Shown: one piece after another, positions 61,765-64,000 of the stretch
How the letters are laid out: the number at the start of each line of letters is the position of its first letter
Position numbering within the stretch: the stretch's first letter is position 1
NCBI GenBank assembly: GCA_958296085.1
Contig: OY282433.1
Span: 2,960,367-3,024,366, forward strand
Reading direction: 5' to 3'
Source of the DNA: an uncultured Gammaproteobacteria bacterium
GTDB lineage: Bacteria; Pseudomonadota; Gammaproteobacteria; HK1
DNA: 64,000 bases
Position numbers and translations under genes: made by a program
Notes under the pieces: model-generated
What the model was told of the DNA's origin: nothing
The model's input: the letters and a program-made list of their open reading frames with translations, nothing else
The model's database searches: none

Positions 61765-64000
61765 TCAGACCACCTGACGGTGGGCGAGGCCGGCGAAGGC
61801 GCCGCCTGCGGTCATCAGCTCGTCATACCTCCCGCGCTCGACGATCCTCCCCTCCTCCATCACGAAGATCCGGTCCGCTTCCCGCACCGTGCTGAGGCGG
61901 TGGGCGATCACGATGCGGGTGATGCCCAGCTTCTTGAGCGACGCCTGCACGATCGCCTGGGTGCGGTTGTCGAGGGCGCTGGTAGCTTCGTCGAACAGCA
62001 GGATGCGCGGCCGGCGGGCGAGGGCGCGGGCCATCAGCAGCCGCTGCTTCTGTCCGCCTGACAGTCCTCCCCCTCCCTCGGGCACCGCCGTGTACATGCC
62101 CATCGGCATGGCCCGGACGTCCGCATCGAAGCCGACCGCCCGCGCCGCCTCCCACGCTTCGTCCAGGGTGATCGGAGCGGGGCCCGCGATGTTCCGGAAG
62201 ATGCTGGTCGCCGACAGGCGGCCGTCCTGCAGCACCACCCCCATGCGGCTGCGCACGGCCGGGAGGTCGAGGCTCGACAGATCATGGTCGTCGAGGAACA
62301 CCGCGCCCGAATCCGGCCTCTCGAAGCCGAGCAGCAGGCGGTAGATCGTCGACTTCCCGGAACCGGACGGGCCGACGAACGCCACGTAGTCGCCCGGCCG
62401 GATCCGGAAGGACACCCGGTCGAGCGCGTTCGCCGCCTCGGGCAGATAGCGGAAGGACACGTTCGCGAACTCGATGCGGCCGGTGAGATCGCCGGGGTCT
62501 GCGCCGTCCCTCGCGGTTTCCGGCCGGGCTTCGAGGATCGGTTGTACCCGCTCGAAGAGCGGGAGGGCGCCCACCAGGGTCGTCCACGCGGCCGTGAGGG
62601 CGATCATCGCGGCCGCGAACTGGCCGAACGCGGCGTAGAAGGACAGGAAGTCCGCGAGTCCGAACGTGGGCTGCAGCTCCTTCCCGAGCAGGGACTGGAA
62701 GATGAAGGCGAAGATGGCCAGGGTGGCGAACGGTCCGAACGTGCTGCCGAAGGAAAGCAGCCCCGCTTCCCACCGGCGGGCGGCGAGGGTTGCGCGCTTC
62801 TGTTCGGAGTAGCGGTTCGCCCAGTGCGCCAGTGCATCGTTTTCGGCGTTCGCCATCCGGATCTTGGCCAGTCCGGTGATCATCTGGAACACGAACCCGT
62901 CGACGGCCCCCTGGGCGGCGAACGCCGCGCGCAGGTGGCGCATCTGGGCGCGCGCGGAGACCCAGGTCGCCCCGACGAGGACGAGCAGCAGTGCCCCGGC
63001 GCACAGGGCGAGCCGCCAGCTATAGTAGAACAGCAGCGCGTAGCTGAAGATGGAGAACACCCCGCTGATGAACGCGCTCAAGGTGGCGCCGGACATCAAC
63101 TGCCGGACCTGGGTCATTCCGTTCGCCCGATCCGCGAGGTCCCCGGTGGTGAAGTTCCGGAAGAAGCGCGAGGGAAGCGAGAGCAGGCGGCCCCACACCG
63201 CGGCCTGAAGCTGTTCGTCCATCCGGGTTTCGATCCGCAGCATGGCGATCGCCCGCACCACGTCGAACGCCGCGGCGCCGAGTGCGGCGAGGAGCAGGGC
63301 GGCGAGGAAGGTCCCCCACATCGGGAGATCCACGCGCGGGATGACGTCCGCGAGGAGCTGGCCGGTCAGGACCGGGGTCGCGAGGGCGGCCAGGCCCCCG
63401 AGCATGGCCATGACGAGCAGGGTGCGGAGGTCTCGCCCCCGTCCCCGCAAGGCGTGCAGAACCGCGCCCGTCCCGGTGCGGACGGCGTCGGGGAGCGGCG
63501 CGTACAGCTTGACGCCGAGGTGCCCGATCCCGGCCGCCTCGCGGGCGCCTACGTCGAAGGTCCGGCCCGCCGCGGGATCGACCGCGCGATAGCCTCCGCG
63601 CCCGTTCGAGAGCACCGCGAGGACGCGGGGAGCGCGGTCCTGCCCGCCATCCGCCGGCGCGCCGCGTTCCTCCGTGGCCGCGCCACCGGCGGTGGTGGCG
63701 ACGAAGGAAGAGCCGTCCCGCCGCCACCAGCCGGGGGCGAGCTCGATTCGTCGCGTCCGGATGCCGGATCGGCGCACGAGCGCCGCCACCGCCTGCGGCA
63801 GGTCGCCGTCTTCGATTTCCGTGCGGCGCGGAATCTCGACGGTGGCGCCGATCGATCCGGCGACGATGCTCACCGCCGCCTCGAGCGGCGTGCGGGCGTC
63901 CGCGTCGGCGATGACCTCGCGAGCCGACGCCGCTCCCAGCACGCTTCGCAGTTTCCGGAGCGTCGCCGCCTCGGTTGCCCGGCGGGTGCGGCGGGCCTCC
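61765..64000 (-). CDS. bacteriocin-type ABC exporter (NHLM-system ATP-binding/permease subunit-like) with a cysteine-less C39-like N-terminal region; 5' end probably beyond the window
   Basis: Has a 6-TM ABC exporter core, Walker A GPSGSGKST, signature LSGGQKQRL and Walker B LLFDEATSALDNRTQ. The reading frame stays open upstream of the GTG at 63942 to position 64000. Confidence 0.8.
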   Translation of the reverse strand, partial: EARRTRRATEAATLRKLRSVLGAASAREVIADADARTPLEAAVSIVAGSIGATVEIPRRTEIEDGDLPQAVAALVRRSGIRTRRIELAPGWWRRDGSSFVATTAGGAATEERGAPADGGQDRAPRVLAVLSNGRGGYRAVDPAAGRTFDVGAREAAGIGHLGVKLYAPLPDAVRTGTGAVLHALRGRGRDLRTLLVMAMLGGLAALATPVLTGQLLADVIPRVDLPMWGTFLAALLLAALGAAAFDVVRAIAMLRIETRMDEQLQAAVWGRLLSLPSRFFRNFTTGDLADRANGMTQVRQLMSGATLSAFISGVFSIFSYALLFYYSWRLALCAGALLLVLVGATWVSARAQMRHLRAAFAAQGAVDGFVFQMITGLAKIRMANAENDALAHWANRYSEQKRATLAARRWEAGLLSFGSTFGPFATLAIFAFIFQSLLGKELQPTFGLADFLSFYAAFGQFAAAMIALTAAWTTLVGALPLFERVQPILEARPETARDGADPGDLTGRIEFANVSFRYLPEAANALDRVSFRIRPGDYVAFVGPSGSGKSTIYRLLLGFERPDSGAVFLDDHDLSSLDLPAVRSRMGVVLQDGRLSATSIFRNIAGPAPITLDEAWEAARAVGFDADVRAMPMGMYTAVPEGGGGLSGGQKQRLLMARALARRPRILLFDEATSALDNRTQAIVQASLKKLGITRIVIAHRLSTVREADRIFVMEEGRIVERGRYDELMTAGGAFAGLAHRQVV

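Overview
High-G+C bacterial chromosomal segment. Its gene content looks proteobacterium-like: gcvH-gcvP, long-form leuA, cobS/cobT-like pair, hspQ, nadK, metF, RND efflux, arfB and a peptide ABC importer. Most of the window is ordinary housekeeping coding sequence on both strands. The many very long ORFs in the track are antisense or alternate-frame artefacts of the high G+C. Several accessory patches interrupt this background and look lower in G+C by eye (not computed). (1) 16.7-24.3 kb holds a compact four-gene operon, cas3 (helicase with C-terminal HD), csx17, csb1 and csb2, which is a type I-G (formerly I-U)-like effector set. I found no CRISPR array and no cas1/cas2/cas4 anywhere in the 64 kb, so this is my top candidate for something unusual. 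(2) 25.67-26.84 kb holds an intact IS5-family element with a CTAG target duplication, inserted 8 nt upstream of the ddl start codon. (3) 33.2-38.8 kb is a segment bracketed by two inverted 70-nt copies of the same IS3-family left end. It carries an orphan NHLP-type RiPP precursor (15-aa core), an IS256 transposase remnant, and a translationally coupled pair of P-loop NTPases. The second NTPase is STAND-like with TPR repeats, and its last codons derive from the IS end. (4) 61.1-64.0 kb holds two tandemly duplicated double-glycine-leader peptides converging on an NHLM-type ABC exporter that runs off the window. Other notable items are a 1009-aa membrane-anchored protein built from 84-bp and 189-bp tandem repeats inside a cobS-cobT-nadK operon, a dispersed GC-rich intergenic repeat family (4 sites), and a promoter/leader-peptide/terminator arrangement upstream of leuA. 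All family assignments come from motif recognition by eye. No database search, HMM or alignment program was run.
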